Source: an uncultured Clostridia bacterium
GTDB taxonomy: Bacteria > Bacillota > Clostridia > Christensenellales > Aristaeellaceae
Reading direction: 5' to 3'
NCBI GenBank assembly: GCA_946408995.1
Contig: CAMJUL010000007.1
Location: 17-64,016, forward strand
DNA: 64,000 bases
In this document: positions 1-9,324 of the stretch, piece after piece
Numbering within the stretch: position 1 is the stretch's first letter
Layout of the letters: every line of letters starts with the position of its first letter
Translations under genes and position numbers: made by a program
The notes under the pieces: model-generated
The model's input: the letters and a program-made list of their open reading frames with translations, nothing else
Database searches by the model: none
What the model was told of the DNA's origin: nothing

Positions 1-48
1 TTTTGAAATGAAGCAGCTGAAGAAGAAGGAAAAGAGGCGCGGACACTG

Positions 49-462
49 ATGCAAGGAAATACAGAACGGCAGTCCAAACTGAAACAAGCGGCATGTGTTT
101 GTATGCTTGCCGCAATGCTTTTCCTGCTGACCGGATGCAGGACAGGCAGTGTTTTTGACGGATCCAGGGTCTCTGACGCATCCGGGTTCCGGATGGAATA
201 CAGCATCCTGAATCGGGAGGAATCGGCTGGTCTGAACCTGACAGAGGGCGACCGTCTGCAGGTTTCTCTGTCGCATACAGAAGGAACTGTGGATGTGACC
301 GTGGGTATGAACGGGAAAGAGCCGATCTACCGGGGAAACGGGCAGCAGAACGCCGAATTTGTTCTGGAAATTCTGGAAAAAGGAAACTATCATATTTCCG
401 TTTCGGGACATCAGGCAAAAGGAAATATTGCTTTCATCAGGATTCCCGGAGGGCAGGAATGA
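49..462 (+). CDS. Putative secreted lipoprotein, function unknown
   Basis: 137-aa ORF. The N-terminal hydrophobic segment ends in a lipobox-like LLTGC. The stop overlaps the next start (ATGA at 459-462). Confidence 0.5.
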   Translation: MQGNTERQSKLKQAACVCMLAAMLFLLTGCRTGSVFDGSRVSDASGFRMEYSILNREESAGLNLTEGDRLQVSLSHTEGTVDVTVGMNGKEPIYRGNGQQNAEFVLEILEKGNYHISVSGHQAKGNIAFIRIPGGQE

Positions 463-1445
463 TGCAGGAGAAAAGAATAGAGGAACAGCTGATTGTCTGC
501 GGGAAATCCTATCGTATCCTCCGGCTGCTCGGTCACGGGAAGGGCGGGTATTCATACCTTGCGGAATCTGAGGGGCAGCCGGCGGTGATCAAGCAGATCC
601 ACCACGAACCCTGTGATTACTACGCCTTCGGCAATAAGATTGAGGCGGAGCAGAGGGATTATGAACGCCTGCGGGCGGCGGGCATCCGCATCCCGCGGAT
701 GCTGGCCATCGATATGGACGCGGAGCGCATTGTGAAGGAATACATCGAAGGTCCCACCGTTTTTGACCTGGTCAGGGACGGAGCGTCTGCCGAGCCTTAT
801 CTTGCCCAGGTGCGGGACATGGCGGACAAGGCGAAGGCCGCCGGGCTGAACGTCGACTGGTTCCCCACCAATTTCGTGGTACGGGACGGGCTGATCTGGT
901 ACGTGGATTACGAGTGCAACAATTATATGGATGAATGGAGCTTTGAAAACTGGGGCATCCGATACTGGAGCCGGACGCCGGAGTTTGAAGCATATCTAAG
1001 AGACCATAAACCCGCTGTCACGATCCGGGAAGAGCGGGTCACAGCGGAGGAATACATTGACTTCCTCAAACGGACAGACCTTGGCTCCCAGTACCCCAAA
1101 GAACGCTTCGAGGAGCGGATTAGCCGCTTGGTAAATACGGTTTCCATCAGTCTCACCGCTCGGAATGAACAGGGGCTGCTGGTGGGCGTGCTGTTCGGGT
1201 TGACGGATTACGCCTATTGGCTCTACGTCACCGATCTGGGGGTGGACAGGGATTATACCCGCCGGGGCATCGGCAAACGCCTGATAAAAGCCGCCCATCA
1301 GCTGGCCGGCGGTGAAAAGGACATCGCGGTCTATCTGATCGCCAACGAAAGCGCTGTGCCGTTTTACGAGAAATGCGGCATGAAGAGGGCCGACGATGTG
1401 ATGAAGTACAATCACATCGAATGGACGGAGTTCACAGTGACGTGA
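459..1445 (+). CDS. Two-domain protein: small protein-kinase-like N-terminal domain fused to a C-terminal GNAT acetyltransferase domain
   Basis: N-terminal half has a Gly-rich loop LLGHGKGGYSY, a VIKQ lysine, and FPTNFVV / VDYE motifs (kinase-like fold). C-terminal half has the GNAT-type acetyl-CoA loop RRGIGKRLI and ends in FYEKCGMKR. Confidence 0.7.
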   Translation: MMQEKRIEEQLIVCGKSYRILRLLGHGKGGYSYLAESEGQPAVIKQIHHEPCDYYAFGNKIEAEQRDYERLRAAGIRIPRMLAIDMDAERIVKEYIEGPTVFDLVRDGASAEPYLAQVRDMADKAKAAGLNVDWFPTNFVVRDGLIWYVDYECNNYMDEWSFENWGIRYWSRTPEFEAYLRDHKPAVTIREERVTAEEYIDFLKRTDLGSQYPKERFEERISRLVNTVSISLTARNEQGLLVGVLFGLTDYAYWLYVTDLGVDRDYTRRGIGKRLIKAAHQLAGGEKDIAVYLIANESAVPFYEKCGMKRADDVMKYNHIEWTEFTVT

Positions 1446-1559
1446 TTGCGCAAAAAAACTGTCAGTAAATAAACAGATATGTTATGGGAATAAGGCGAAA
1501 GGAAAAGTCTCCTTCGTCCAAATTCCCGGAGACCAGGAATGAAACAGGGAGAAAAAAGG

Positions 1560-2213
1560 ATGAATTACAAAATCATTGACAAAGAAACCTATTACCGCAA
1601 AGGCGTCTATCGCCACTTTACGCAGGACTGCAAGTGCTCCACCTCCATGACCGCCCGGACTGACGTAACGGCCCTGGCGGCGTACAGCAAACAAACGGAC
1701 ACCAGGTTTTATATCAACTTTCTATATGTCCTGTCAAAGGCGCTCAACTCCCGGGACGATTACCGGATGGCCTATCTGTGGCAGACGGATGAGCTGATCT
1801 GCTATGATGTGATTCATCCGACCCAGTATGTGTTCCACAAGGATACGGAAACCTGCACGCCGGTTTATACGGAATTCAGGGAAGAGTACGATGTGTTTTA
1901 CCGCCATGCTTCGGAGGATGTAGAGCGTGCAAAACAGACGCGGGAATACGGCCTGGACGCTGCAAACCATCCCAATTGGTTTGATGCGTCCTATATTTCC
2001 TGGCTTTCCTACGATGCCCTGAACATTGAACTGCCCGATGGATACCTGTACTTTCTTCCCATCATCAACTGGGGGAAATACCGTGAGGAAAACGGAAGGC
2101 TGCTCATGCCTGTCAGCGTCCGGATGAACCATGCTGTCGCCGACGGATACCTGATCGCCCATGTGTTCCGCCTTTTAGAAAAGGAAATGGCAGATTTCGT
2201 TGGGAGGACATAA
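1560..2213 (+). CDS. cat: Chloramphenicol O-acetyltransferase family protein (type A CAT-like)
   Basis: About 217 aa from the ATG at 1560 (AAAAGGA just upstream). CAT-like layout with FYINFLY, IHPTQYVFH...TETC and FLPIINWGKY, and the catalytic-His region NHAVADGY (canonical HHAVCDGY). Confidence 0.8.
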   Translation: MNYKIIDKETYYRKGVYRHFTQDCKCSTSMTARTDVTALAAYSKQTDTRFYINFLYVLSKALNSRDDYRMAYLWQTDELICYDVIHPTQYVFHKDTETCTPVYTEFREEYDVFYRHASEDVERAKQTREYGLDAANHPNWFDASYISWLSYDALNIELPDGYLYFLPIINWGKYREENGRLLMPVSVRMNHAVADGYLIAHVFRLLEKEMADFVGRT

Positions 2214-2215
2214 GC

Positions 2216-2500
2216 GTGAACGATTTCCTGAAGCCTGGAATCACGATTCAGGAAGAACGGGTCACGTCGGAGGAATACATTGACTTCCTCAAACGCACAG
2301 ACCTGGGCTCCCAGTATCCCAAAGAACGCTTTGTTACCGCCCCTGGAGTGGACAGGAATTACACCCGCCTGATGGAAAAAGCTCATCAGCTGGCCTGCGG
2401 TGAAAAGGAGATCGCGGTGTATCTGAACGCCAATGAAAACGCCGTACCCATCTACAAAAAGTACGGCATGAAAAGGGCTGGCGATGTGATGAGATCGTAA
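2216..2500 (+). pseudogene. Decayed duplicate of the GNAT domain of the 459-1445 gene (internal deletions remove core strands)
   Basis: The 94-aa ORF aligns to residues about 187-320 of the upstream fusion (ITIQEERVTSEEYIDFLKRTDLGSQYPKERF ... AHQLACGEKEIAVYL). It lacks about 45 residues of the GNAT core and the RGIGKRLI loop. Confidence 0.6.
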
Positions 2501-2770
2501 AACATGTTCCGCTCATTCGAAAAGGAAGCCACAGACGTGCAAGGGAGCGTTTCCACAAAAAACTGCACAGAGGAGGGCTTCCCGTAAACAGCATTATCCA
2601 GGCAAATGGGAAAAAACCAAGGGAGAAAGAGGAGAATCCGTCAGATAACGGGAGAAGAAATGCTGAATAAGACTGCTGGACGCAGAAGCGGACGGGATCA
2701 CGCTGGCTGGGAAACAGGACAGAAGATGTGAAGAAAACCGTACATAATGGAATCCTTAACAAGAATGAAG

Positions 2771-2800
2771 CGCCGGTTCATGAGAGCCGGCGGCTTTTCT
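2771..2800 (+). terminator. Possible rho-independent terminator for the + strand cat cluster, overlapping the stop of the convergent gene
   Basis: Stem CGCCGG / CCGGCG with a 10-nt loop, followed by GCTTTTCT. Confidence 0.35.
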
Positions 2801-4748
2801 GCGGGAAAAACGACGGTTCCTTTTGCAGCATGGGCATATATACCCCGCCCTGGACGCTGCGGCCAATGAAGGCCACGAATCGGGAGGTTTTGGTATCGTA
2901 CCAATCCGAGAAGGGAACCCGGGTGGCGGTGACGCGCAGATAATGCGCCAGCGGAGCAATCAGCTGACGGAAAACCTCCTCGTTCTGGGCCATGGAGGCG
3001 CTCCACATCATCCAATCGGACTTTGTGTAGTCCGCCCGGGAATCCAGGGGCAGGCCGAATGTATTCATCCGGGGCAGGTAGCTGCGGGTCTCTTCATCAT
3101 AGAACGATTTGGGCAGCAGGCCAAGATCCAGCACCAGGTCCCATACCAGATTGTATTTCATGCTCCATCCTTTTCCTTCAAAGGTGAGGGCGGTGCCTTC
3201 TTCCTTTTTCGCCCGGGTAAGCCAGCTGTCCGCCATTTCGCGGGCACGCTTTTCCCAAACGCCCGCTTCCGCTTCTATTCCTGATCTGCGCAAAATCCGG
3301 GCATAGCAGGCGATGCCTACGATGGCTTTGGCGGACAGGTTCACATTCCTTGCCAGGTGCCCCGCAAAATCGTCCGTGCACAGCTGTTCTCCGGGGTCCT
3401 CTCCGTAGGTATCCAGGTATTTTACCCACTTTTCCAGGATCGACGCATACTTGCGGATCAAATCATCCTTCGCCCCGAAGGATGCGGCGGCTTCCAGCAT
3501 GATCAGCATATTGCCGCATTCCTCCACCGGCATCTGATAGCGCGGATCGTACACGTCCGTCCCTGCGGGATACAGATAGAAGGGCAGGGGCGTTTGGCCG
3601 TTGGGAAGGGAGCGCTTGGCGGCGTACACCTGGCCGGTGGCGTAGGGATAGCGGCCCACGTCATGGGGCGCGAAATCCTCCTGCCATACGGGCAGGGAGG
3701 CAAAGCGCAGCACGGGGCGGCAAAGGGCATTTACCAGTTCAGGGCAGTATTTCAAGAATAACGGAACAGAAGGATAACTCACGTCCACCGTACCAATGCA
3801 GCCGTTGGAATCGTTTTCTTTGGAAAGAAGCGCCATTTCCCCTTCCGGCGTGGCGATCAGCTTGTGGGCAGCGAAGGTGTGCCGCCAGGCCGCCGCGGCG
3901 ATGAGGGCATAATCTGCACCGCCGATCTTTTCGGCTTCCGAAAGCACTTGCTCGTCCAGCTTGATACAGGCGTCAAAGAACTCGTCATGCCGCCGGTCAA
4001 ATTCTGCCAGCGCCTGGGGCATGGTTTTGCCGTCCCGCAGGCCCCAGGCCTTGCAGCAGGAGCCGAAATAGTTGATGGAGGCAATATCGTCATAGCCCAG
4101 CATCAGGAAGCCTTTTGCAGGCGCTTTTCCGATATGAACTTCCGAGGCAAACCGCAGGCCGCCGTTTTCCAGGGACACGTTGCCTTCCGACGCCATATAC
4201 AGATAGCCCCAATCCATGGTGATATGATCACCGGAGTGCCCCAGCACATGCTGCCGGGCCTGGCCGATCAGCGCCATATGAAGCCGATCCCAGGAAAACT
4301 GTTCCCCATGAAGGGGGGGTGCTGCACTGCCATCATAGCACAAAGCGGCGGAAGCAAAGAAGCGAATCGAAACCTCATGCTCCTTGTCGTCCGAAGACGC
4401 GAGGGAATAATCCATAAACGTGATGGGAACAGAAAGCGCGTCCAAATCATCCGGCAGAGCGGGGGACCAAAGAGTGACGGTCAGCTCCACGCCGGAAGCC
4501 TCCATCACGCTGATGGTTCGGGTAGGCGTAACCTGAAGCGCCGTGGTTTTCATTTCCGGACGGGCGCTTTTTCCAAGAAAAACATACTCATTCCCATCGA
4601 TGCGTATATGTCCGTCCAAATGCTTCGGCGCGCCTGACCAATGAACGGGGCCGGCAGAAGTAAGCGTATCTCCCGGGAGCCAGATGGAAAAATAAGGGTC
4701 GTTGGCAATCAACGGCAGCGCGGGCAAGCGATCCAGCCTTTGTTTCAT
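2778..4748 (-). CDS. Glutaminase-A-like multi-domain protein (DUF4964/DUF5127/DUF4965/DUF1793 type), probable glycoside hydrolase of unknown specificity
   Basis: 656 aa. The N-terminus LPLIANDPYFSIWLPGD and overall length and organisation match the fungal/bacterial glutaminase GtaA-like family as I remember it. It is the last gene of a sugar ABC operon. Confidence 0.65.
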   Translation of the reverse strand: MKQRLDRLPALPLIANDPYFSIWLPGDTLTSAGPVHWSGAPKHLDGHIRIDGNEYVFLGKSARPEMKTTALQVTPTRTISVMEASGVELTVTLWSPALPDDLDALSVPITFMDYSLASSDDKEHEVSIRFFASAALCYDGSAAPPLHGEQFSWDRLHMALIGQARQHVLGHSGDHITMDWGYLYMASEGNVSLENGGLRFASEVHIGKAPAKGFLMLGYDDIASINYFGSCCKAWGLRDGKTMPQALAEFDRRHDEFFDACIKLDEQVLSEAEKIGGADYALIAAAAWRHTFAAHKLIATPEGEMALLSKENDSNGCIGTVDVSYPSVPLFLKYCPELVNALCRPVLRFASLPVWQEDFAPHDVGRYPYATGQVYAAKRSLPNGQTPLPFYLYPAGTDVYDPRYQMPVEECGNMLIMLEAAASFGAKDDLIRKYASILEKWVKYLDTYGEDPGEQLCTDDFAGHLARNVNLSAKAIVGIACYARILRRSGIEAEAGVWEKRAREMADSWLTRAKKEEGTALTFEGKGWSMKYNLVWDLVLDLGLLPKSFYDEETRSYLPRMNTFGLPLDSRADYTKSDWMMWSASMAQNEEVFRQLIAPLAHYLRVTATRVPFSDWYDTKTSRFVAFIGRSVQGGVYMPMLQKEPSFFPQKSRRLS

Positions 4749-4844
4749 AAATCATTCCTCCATCAATCATCGGATAAAACAGTATATCACAGGGGTTCTT
4801 CGTCACAGCCCTTTGTTTTCTTCCCGTTTGTCTCCTGAACCCCA

Positions 4845-5753
4845 TTATCCTTTGATGGCTCCCACCATAACCCCTTTGACGAAATGCTTCTGTACAAAGG
4901 GATACAGGCAGATAACAGGCACGCTGGCAATGATGATGATGGCGTATTTCATGGTTTCCGCCGCCATCATTTTTTCATACAGGCCCGTTCCATCCCCCTG
5001 GGCCAGCTCCTGGTTCTGCAAAAGGATTTCGCGTAAGATCACCTGCAGAGGCATCCGGGAGCGATCTTTCAAATAGATCAGGGCATTGAAGTATTCGTTC
5101 CAATGGGCCACGGCGTAAAACAATACCATCACGGCGATGATGGACCCGGACAGGGGCAGCACCACGCGGAACAGGGTTTGCAAATCGGTGCAGCCGTCCA
5201 GATAGGCTGCTTCCTTCAGTTCGCCCGGAATGCTGGACTGGAAGAAGTTTTTCATTACCAGCATATTATATGTTGCGATCCCGGTGGGCAGCAGCATGGC
5301 CCAGATGGTGTTGTACATGCCTAATTGGCGCACCAGGAGATAGGTGGGGATCAGGCCCCCGGAAAACAGCATGGTAAAGGAGGCCACGAAAGTAAGCACA
5401 CCCCGAAAGGGCGTTTCTTTGCAGCTTAAGGGGTAGGCCATCATGATGGTGAGCACCAGGTTGACCACCGTACCCAGCACGGTATAAAGAATGGTGTTGC
5501 CATAACCCATCCAGATGCTGCTTTCCGCGATGACCATTTGATAGCTTTCCACAGAAAAGTTTTTGGGCCAGAACAGCACCCGGCCCAGCAGCACGTCCTC
5601 CGGCTTAGAGAAGGACGCGATCACGGTAAAATACAAGGGATACGCCACAATGAGAATCAAAAGGACGCTCAGAAACAGGATCACGCCTTGGAAGATCCGA
5701 TCTCCAACGGATTCCCGGATATGGGCGGGACGGTGCGCAGCGGATTTCATCAT
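4845..5753 (-). CDS. Carbohydrate ABC transporter permease (CUT1, LplC-like)
   Basis: Six hydrophobic segments and the EAA loop KEAAYLDGCTDLQTLFRVVLPL. Start moved to the ATG at 5753, preceded by GGTGAGGTG; the longer ORF would overlap the upstream permease. Confidence 0.85.
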   Translation of the reverse strand: MMKSAAHRPAHIRESVGDRIFQGVILFLSVLLILIVAYPLYFTVIASFSKPEDVLLGRVLFWPKNFSVESYQMVIAESSIWMGYGNTILYTVLGTVVNLVLTIMMAYPLSCKETPFRGVLTFVASFTMLFSGGLIPTYLLVRQLGMYNTIWAMLLPTGIATYNMLVMKNFFQSSIPGELKEAAYLDGCTDLQTLFRVVLPLSGSIIAVMVLFYAVAHWNEYFNALIYLKDRSRMPLQVILREILLQNQELAQGDGTGLYEKMMAAETMKYAIIIIASVPVICLYPFVQKHFVKGVMVGAIKG

Positions 5754-5763
5754 GCAGATCACC

Positions 5764-6708
5764 TCACCATAAGCTTTCATCCAGCGCGCGGCGGCACACG
5801 GTGTTGGCGGTCACGATCAGGATCAGATTGACCACGGAGTTCATCAGTCCTACCGCTGTGGCATAGCTGTAATCGCCCTTCTGAATGCCGTTTTTGTACA
5901 CCAGCGTGGATATGATTTCGCTGGCGCCGATGTTCAGATCGTTTTGCATCAGCAGGGCTTTTTCAAAACCGATGGTCATCAATTGGCCGATGCGCAGGAT
6001 AAACAGCGTAACGATGGTAGGCAGGATGCAGGGCAGGGATACGTGGATGATTTTCTGCCATCGGGAGGCGCCATCCACCGTGGCGGCTTCGTACAGGGCC
6101 GTGTCTACCCCCGCCAGGGCGGCAATATAAATGATGGCGTTCCAGCCCATGTTTTGCCATACGTTGCTGATCACGTACAAGGGCCGGAAATAGTTTTCAG
6201 ATTCCATCAGCGGGATCGGCTTCATGCCCAAAGCCTGAATGAACAGATTGATCACGCCATAGCGCTGATCGGTAAACAGCTTCAGCATGCTTACCACCAC
6301 CACGATGGAAAGAAAATATGGGATATAGGTGATGTTCTGCAGGATTTTGCGAAACCGGAGGCTGTTGATTTCATTCAGCATCAGCGCCAGAATAATAGGA
6401 GCGGGAAAACCAATCGCCAAACACCCCAGATTGATGGCCAGGGTATTCCAAATGGTGCTCCAGGCGTAATAAGAGGTAAAATACCGGGTAAAATGGCGCA
6501 GCAAAGGGGAGGCCCAGGGACTTTCCAGGATTCCCAGCCGCACCTTGTAATTCTTAAATGCCAGCTGCACCCCGAACATGGGTACATAGCAGAAAATGAT
6601 ATACCACGCCACCGGAATCACCAGCAGCGCCAGCAATTGCCAATGGGCCAACACCCGTTTTTTGAACCAGTGCGCCGCCCTGGGCTTGGCTATAGGATGC
6701 GCGGACAT
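5764..6708 (-). CDS. Carbohydrate ABC transporter permease (CUT1, LplB-like)
   Basis: Multi-pass membrane protein with the EAA loop YEAATVDGASRWQKIIHVSLP. Confidence 0.85.
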   Translation of the reverse strand: MSAHPIAKPRAAHWFKKRVLAHWQLLALLVIPVAWYIIFCYVPMFGVQLAFKNYKVRLGILESPWASPLLRHFTRYFTSYYAWSTIWNTLAINLGCLAIGFPAPIILALMLNEINSLRFRKILQNITYIPYFLSIVVVVSMLKLFTDQRYGVINLFIQALGMKPIPLMESENYFRPLYVISNVWQNMGWNAIIYIAALAGVDTALYEAATVDGASRWQKIIHVSLPCILPTIVTLFILRIGQLMTIGFEKALLMQNDLNIGASEIISTLVYKNGIQKGDYSYATAVGLMNSVVNLILIVTANTVCRRALDESLW

Positions 6709-6726
6709 ATTTTCCTTCCTTCCTTG

Positions 6727-6762
6727 GAAAAAACAAGAGGGAGAGGGTGCGTCCTCTCCCTC
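6727..6762 (-). terminator. Intra-operon hairpin/terminator between the binding-protein gene and the permease genes
   Basis: On the minus strand, a 10-bp stem GAGGGAGAGG / CCTCTCCCTC with a 6-nt loop, followed by TTGTTTTTT. Confidence 0.6.
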
Positions 6763-6786
6763 AGGGGTTCAGATTGGTTCTGCGGC

Positions 6787-8322
6787 TTATTGATAGGTGT
6801 CCAGCCGCTCCTGATAGATGCCCACCCATTCCTGCAGACCCATGTTTTCCAGGGTGCTGCAATAGGTGTCCCATTCATCGAAGCTCATTTCGCCCCGGAT
6901 AAACTTGGCGGCACAGGACTTCATGTAGGTGGAGATATCGGTGTCCAGGATCTGCAGCCGCTCGTTCACTTCCGCGTCAAACAGAGGCTCGGCATAGAGT
7001 ATATAGTCCATATAGGGGTCCAGGGCGGCCTGGGCGGCCTGGGTGGTGGGGGAGCAGACGGCGATGCAGTTGCGGTCGTTCAGGTACTGGGGAGAACCGC
7101 CGCCGGGCCAGATGCAGAACTGGGCGATGGTGGGGCCGGAGCCGTTGGGATTGTTCAGAATGCCGTCCACATAGACGGGATAGCCGTTTTCATCCCGGGT
7201 CCAGGTCTTGCCCTCGATGCCGTAGCGCATCAGGTAGCTGCCCTCTTCGCTGAACAGGTAATCGATCCAGCGCATGGCGGCTTCGGGATAATCGCAGTCA
7301 CAGGTGATGGCAAAGGTACCCAAATCGCGGGCAACGGGGCCGCTTTGCACGTACAGGTTATCGCTCATGCCAGCCATGGGGGCGATGCCGATATAGTTGG
7401 TGGAATCAAAGGCGTCGTCGGCCTGATTGAAGAAAATACCCATCATCTGGCCGCTCATCTTGGCGTTGAACTTGGAATACTCCTGGGTGAAGATGTCGGG
7501 ATCCATCAATCCCTCTTCGTACATCCTGTTGCTCCACTGCAGCAGGGCCTTGAACTGGTCGCTGGTCAGCCAGGAGGTCAGGGTCTTGCCGTCTTCGCTC
7601 AGATTCATTTCCTGACCGAACTGGTACTGCAGGCCGAACATACCCGCCATGGTGTCGAACCAGAAGTTCAGGTCTGCCGCGCCAATGGGAATTTCGTCCG
7701 CTTCGCCATTGCCGTTGGCATCGTATGCCTTGAAGGCCCGAAGCACGGCTTCCAATTCTTCAAAGGTGGTGGGAACGTTCAGGCCCACGGCGTCCAGCCA
7801 GGCTGTATTGCACCAGATTTTTTCCGTGCGTGCGGCGTTTACGGCGATGATGGCGGCCAGCGCGTAAATGTGGCCGTCAGGCGCGGTGATGCGGCCTTCC
7901 ACGTCCGGATATTGATCCATCAGGGCGGTGTAATTGGGGGCGTACTCCTTGAGCAGATCCTCAAGGGGCAGCAGAACGCCTTCGTCGCCGTACTTGATGA
8001 TCTCGGTACCGCTCAGGCCCGGGGCAACCAGCATATCGTCGTAAGTGTCGTTGGTCCACATCAGGGCCTTGGCTTCATCATAGCCCTGAGAAGGGGCCTG
8101 GTTGAATTCAAGCGTGATGCCGGTCATCTCCTGATATTTCTGGAAAAAGTCCATGGTGGCCCAATCCGCGTGAATAGCGCCCTGCTTGCCAAAGATAGAC
8201 AGGGTGATAGGCTCGGTGACAATGGGCAGCTCGCTTTCGGTATTCAACACGTCCTTGGTGTCTGCCAAGGCGAAAAGCGGCGTCATGCACAGCACGAGCA
8301 CAAGACATAACCATTTTTTCAT
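6787..8322 (-). CDS. Extracellular solute-binding protein of a sugar ABC transporter (large LplA-like type)
   Basis: Start set at ATG 8322 (AAGGAG upstream), giving the signal peptide MKKWLCLVLVLCMTPLFALA. About 510 aa, typical of oligosaccharide-binding family 1 proteins. Confidence 0.85.
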   Translation of the reverse strand: MKKWLCLVLVLCMTPLFALADTKDVLNTESELPIVTEPITLSIFGKQGAIHADWATMDFFQKYQEMTGITLEFNQAPSQGYDEAKALMWTNDTYDDMLVAPGLSGTEIIKYGDEGVLLPLEDLLKEYAPNYTALMDQYPDVEGRITAPDGHIYALAAIIAVNAARTEKIWCNTAWLDAVGLNVPTTFEELEAVLRAFKAYDANGNGEADEIPIGAADLNFWFDTMAGMFGLQYQFGQEMNLSEDGKTLTSWLTSDQFKALLQWSNRMYEEGLMDPDIFTQEYSKFNAKMSGQMMGIFFNQADDAFDSTNYIGIAPMAGMSDNLYVQSGPVARDLGTFAITCDCDYPEAAMRWIDYLFSEEGSYLMRYGIEGKTWTRDENGYPVYVDGILNNPNGSGPTIAQFCIWPGGGSPQYLNDRNCIAVCSPTTQAAQAALDPYMDYILYAEPLFDAEVNERLQILDTDISTYMKSCAAKFIRGEMSFDEWDTYCSTLENMGLQEWVGIYQERLDTYQ

Positions 8323-8382
8323 TCCGGGTTCAGCTCCTTTTCTTTTGGTTTGGAGGATAAAGCGATCCTCGTTGGTGAATCG

Positions 8383-8411
8383 ATTGTAACATGTACACAC
8401 GTGTTTGTCAA
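8383..8411 (-). promoter_or_regulatory. Near-consensus sigma-70-type promoter of the ABC/glutaminase-like operon, with the operator motif filling the spacer
   Basis: The minus strand reads TTGACA-AACACGTGTGTACATGT-TACAAT (17-nt spacer), about 60 nt upstream of ATG 8322. Confidence 0.6.
8392..8406. promoter_or_regulatory. Candidate operator, site 1 (TGTACACACGTGTTT)
   Basis: This 15-mer is identical to 16382-16396 and contains the palindrome ACACGTGT. It lies between the -35 and -10 hexamers of the promoter above. Confidence 0.55.
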
Positions 8412-8524
8412 TAGACCATTTGAAATATATTCTATTTTTCTTTGTTTTTACAACAAATATACACACTATGCTAATGAGTGTATATTCCTTGTGCCTGATG
8501 ATTTTCCGGCAAGCACGGCGGGCT

Positions 8525-9310
8525 TCACGCCAGCAACCGAACAGCATTGTACACGCAGAGGGCGAAAATGACGATCAGCAGGCTGATAAACAGCCGATCC
8601 GTAAGATGGACGGAAAGCTTTTTGTGCAGATGGGCGGAAAGCAGGCCGCCTGCCGCTCCGGCGAGCACCATGGCCGCCAAAATGCTCCAGGAAAAAGCGG
8701 GAACGGCTCCGGTGAGCAGGCTGAAAAGCAGGCTGGCTAATTGACTGAGCAAGATGATCAGGATAGAATTGACCGCCGCCTTTTTTGTATCCATGGAGAA
8801 AAAGAAATACAGCACCGCCAGATTCATGGGGCCGCCGCCGATGCCCAGGAAGGAGGAGCAAACGCCGAGCGCCAGTCCAATGAGCCCCGGCGCAGTGATT
8901 CCTTTTACATTTTTTGTGGGGATCCGGGTTTTGTTCAGCACATACAGCAGCGTTCCCAGGATAAGCAGCCCCAGCACCAGGGCCTGCACCGCGCCGACCG
9001 GCCGGTCAGCATTCAGGGTGGATTTCAGACTGGAAAAAATCTGCTTTCCAACAATGCCGCCTATCGCCGCGCCGATGCCCAGGGGAACGCTCCGGGCAGC
9101 ATCCATTTCGCCCCCTTTGCGGTTTTTCAGCACATTCAGGCAGGCCATGGCCAGCACCGTGAGACCGGATAAAAATGAAACCGTGGATACGGGCATGATG
9201 TCGATAGAATCCAGCAAGGGCTTGATGACCACGCCGCCGCCGATGCCGCAGATACCGCCGATGGAGCTTGCCGCAAAGCAAATCACAAATACGAGAGCAG
9301 TCTTCATCAT
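8525..9310 (-). CDS. TauE/SafE (DUF81) family anion exporter/permease
   Basis: Start set at ATG 9310. About 260 aa and very hydrophobic, with duplicated Gly-rich motifs GICGIGGGVVIKPLL and FLGIGGGPMNLAVL. It starts 15 nt after the LarA-like stop. Confidence 0.7.
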   Translation of the reverse strand: MMKTALVFVICFAASSIGGICGIGGGVVIKPLLDSIDIMPVSTVSFLSGLTVLAMACLNVLKNRKGGEMDAARSVPLGIGAAIGGIVGKQIFSSLKSTLNADRPVGAVQALVLGLLILGTLLYVLNKTRIPTKNVKGITAPGLIGLALGVCSSFLGIGGGPMNLAVLYFFFSMDTKKAAVNSILIILLSQLASLLFSLLTGAVPAFSWSILAAMVLAGAAGGLLSAHLHKKLSVHLTDRLFISLLIVIFALCVYNAVRLLA

Positions 9311-9324
9311 GGGCGGTTGTCCTT

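Noticed and set aside
5944-8310. 788-aa ORF on the + strand
   Set aside because: It lies entirely antisense to two well-supported genes (a permease and a binding protein). The translation is low-complexity and Gly/His/Gln/Ala-rich with no recognisable motif. This is a typical shadow ORF of high-GC coding sequence.
8392-8406. Interpreting the shared motif as a CcpA cre site
   Set aside because: When aligned on the central CG, the flanks (TACACA-CG-TGTTTG) match the cre consensus TGWAANCGNTNWCA at too few positions.
8323-8547. 75-codon N-terminal extension of the binding-protein ORF
   Set aside because: The extension runs through the promoter and operator region. ATG 8322, with AAGGAG upstream, yields a proper signal peptide.
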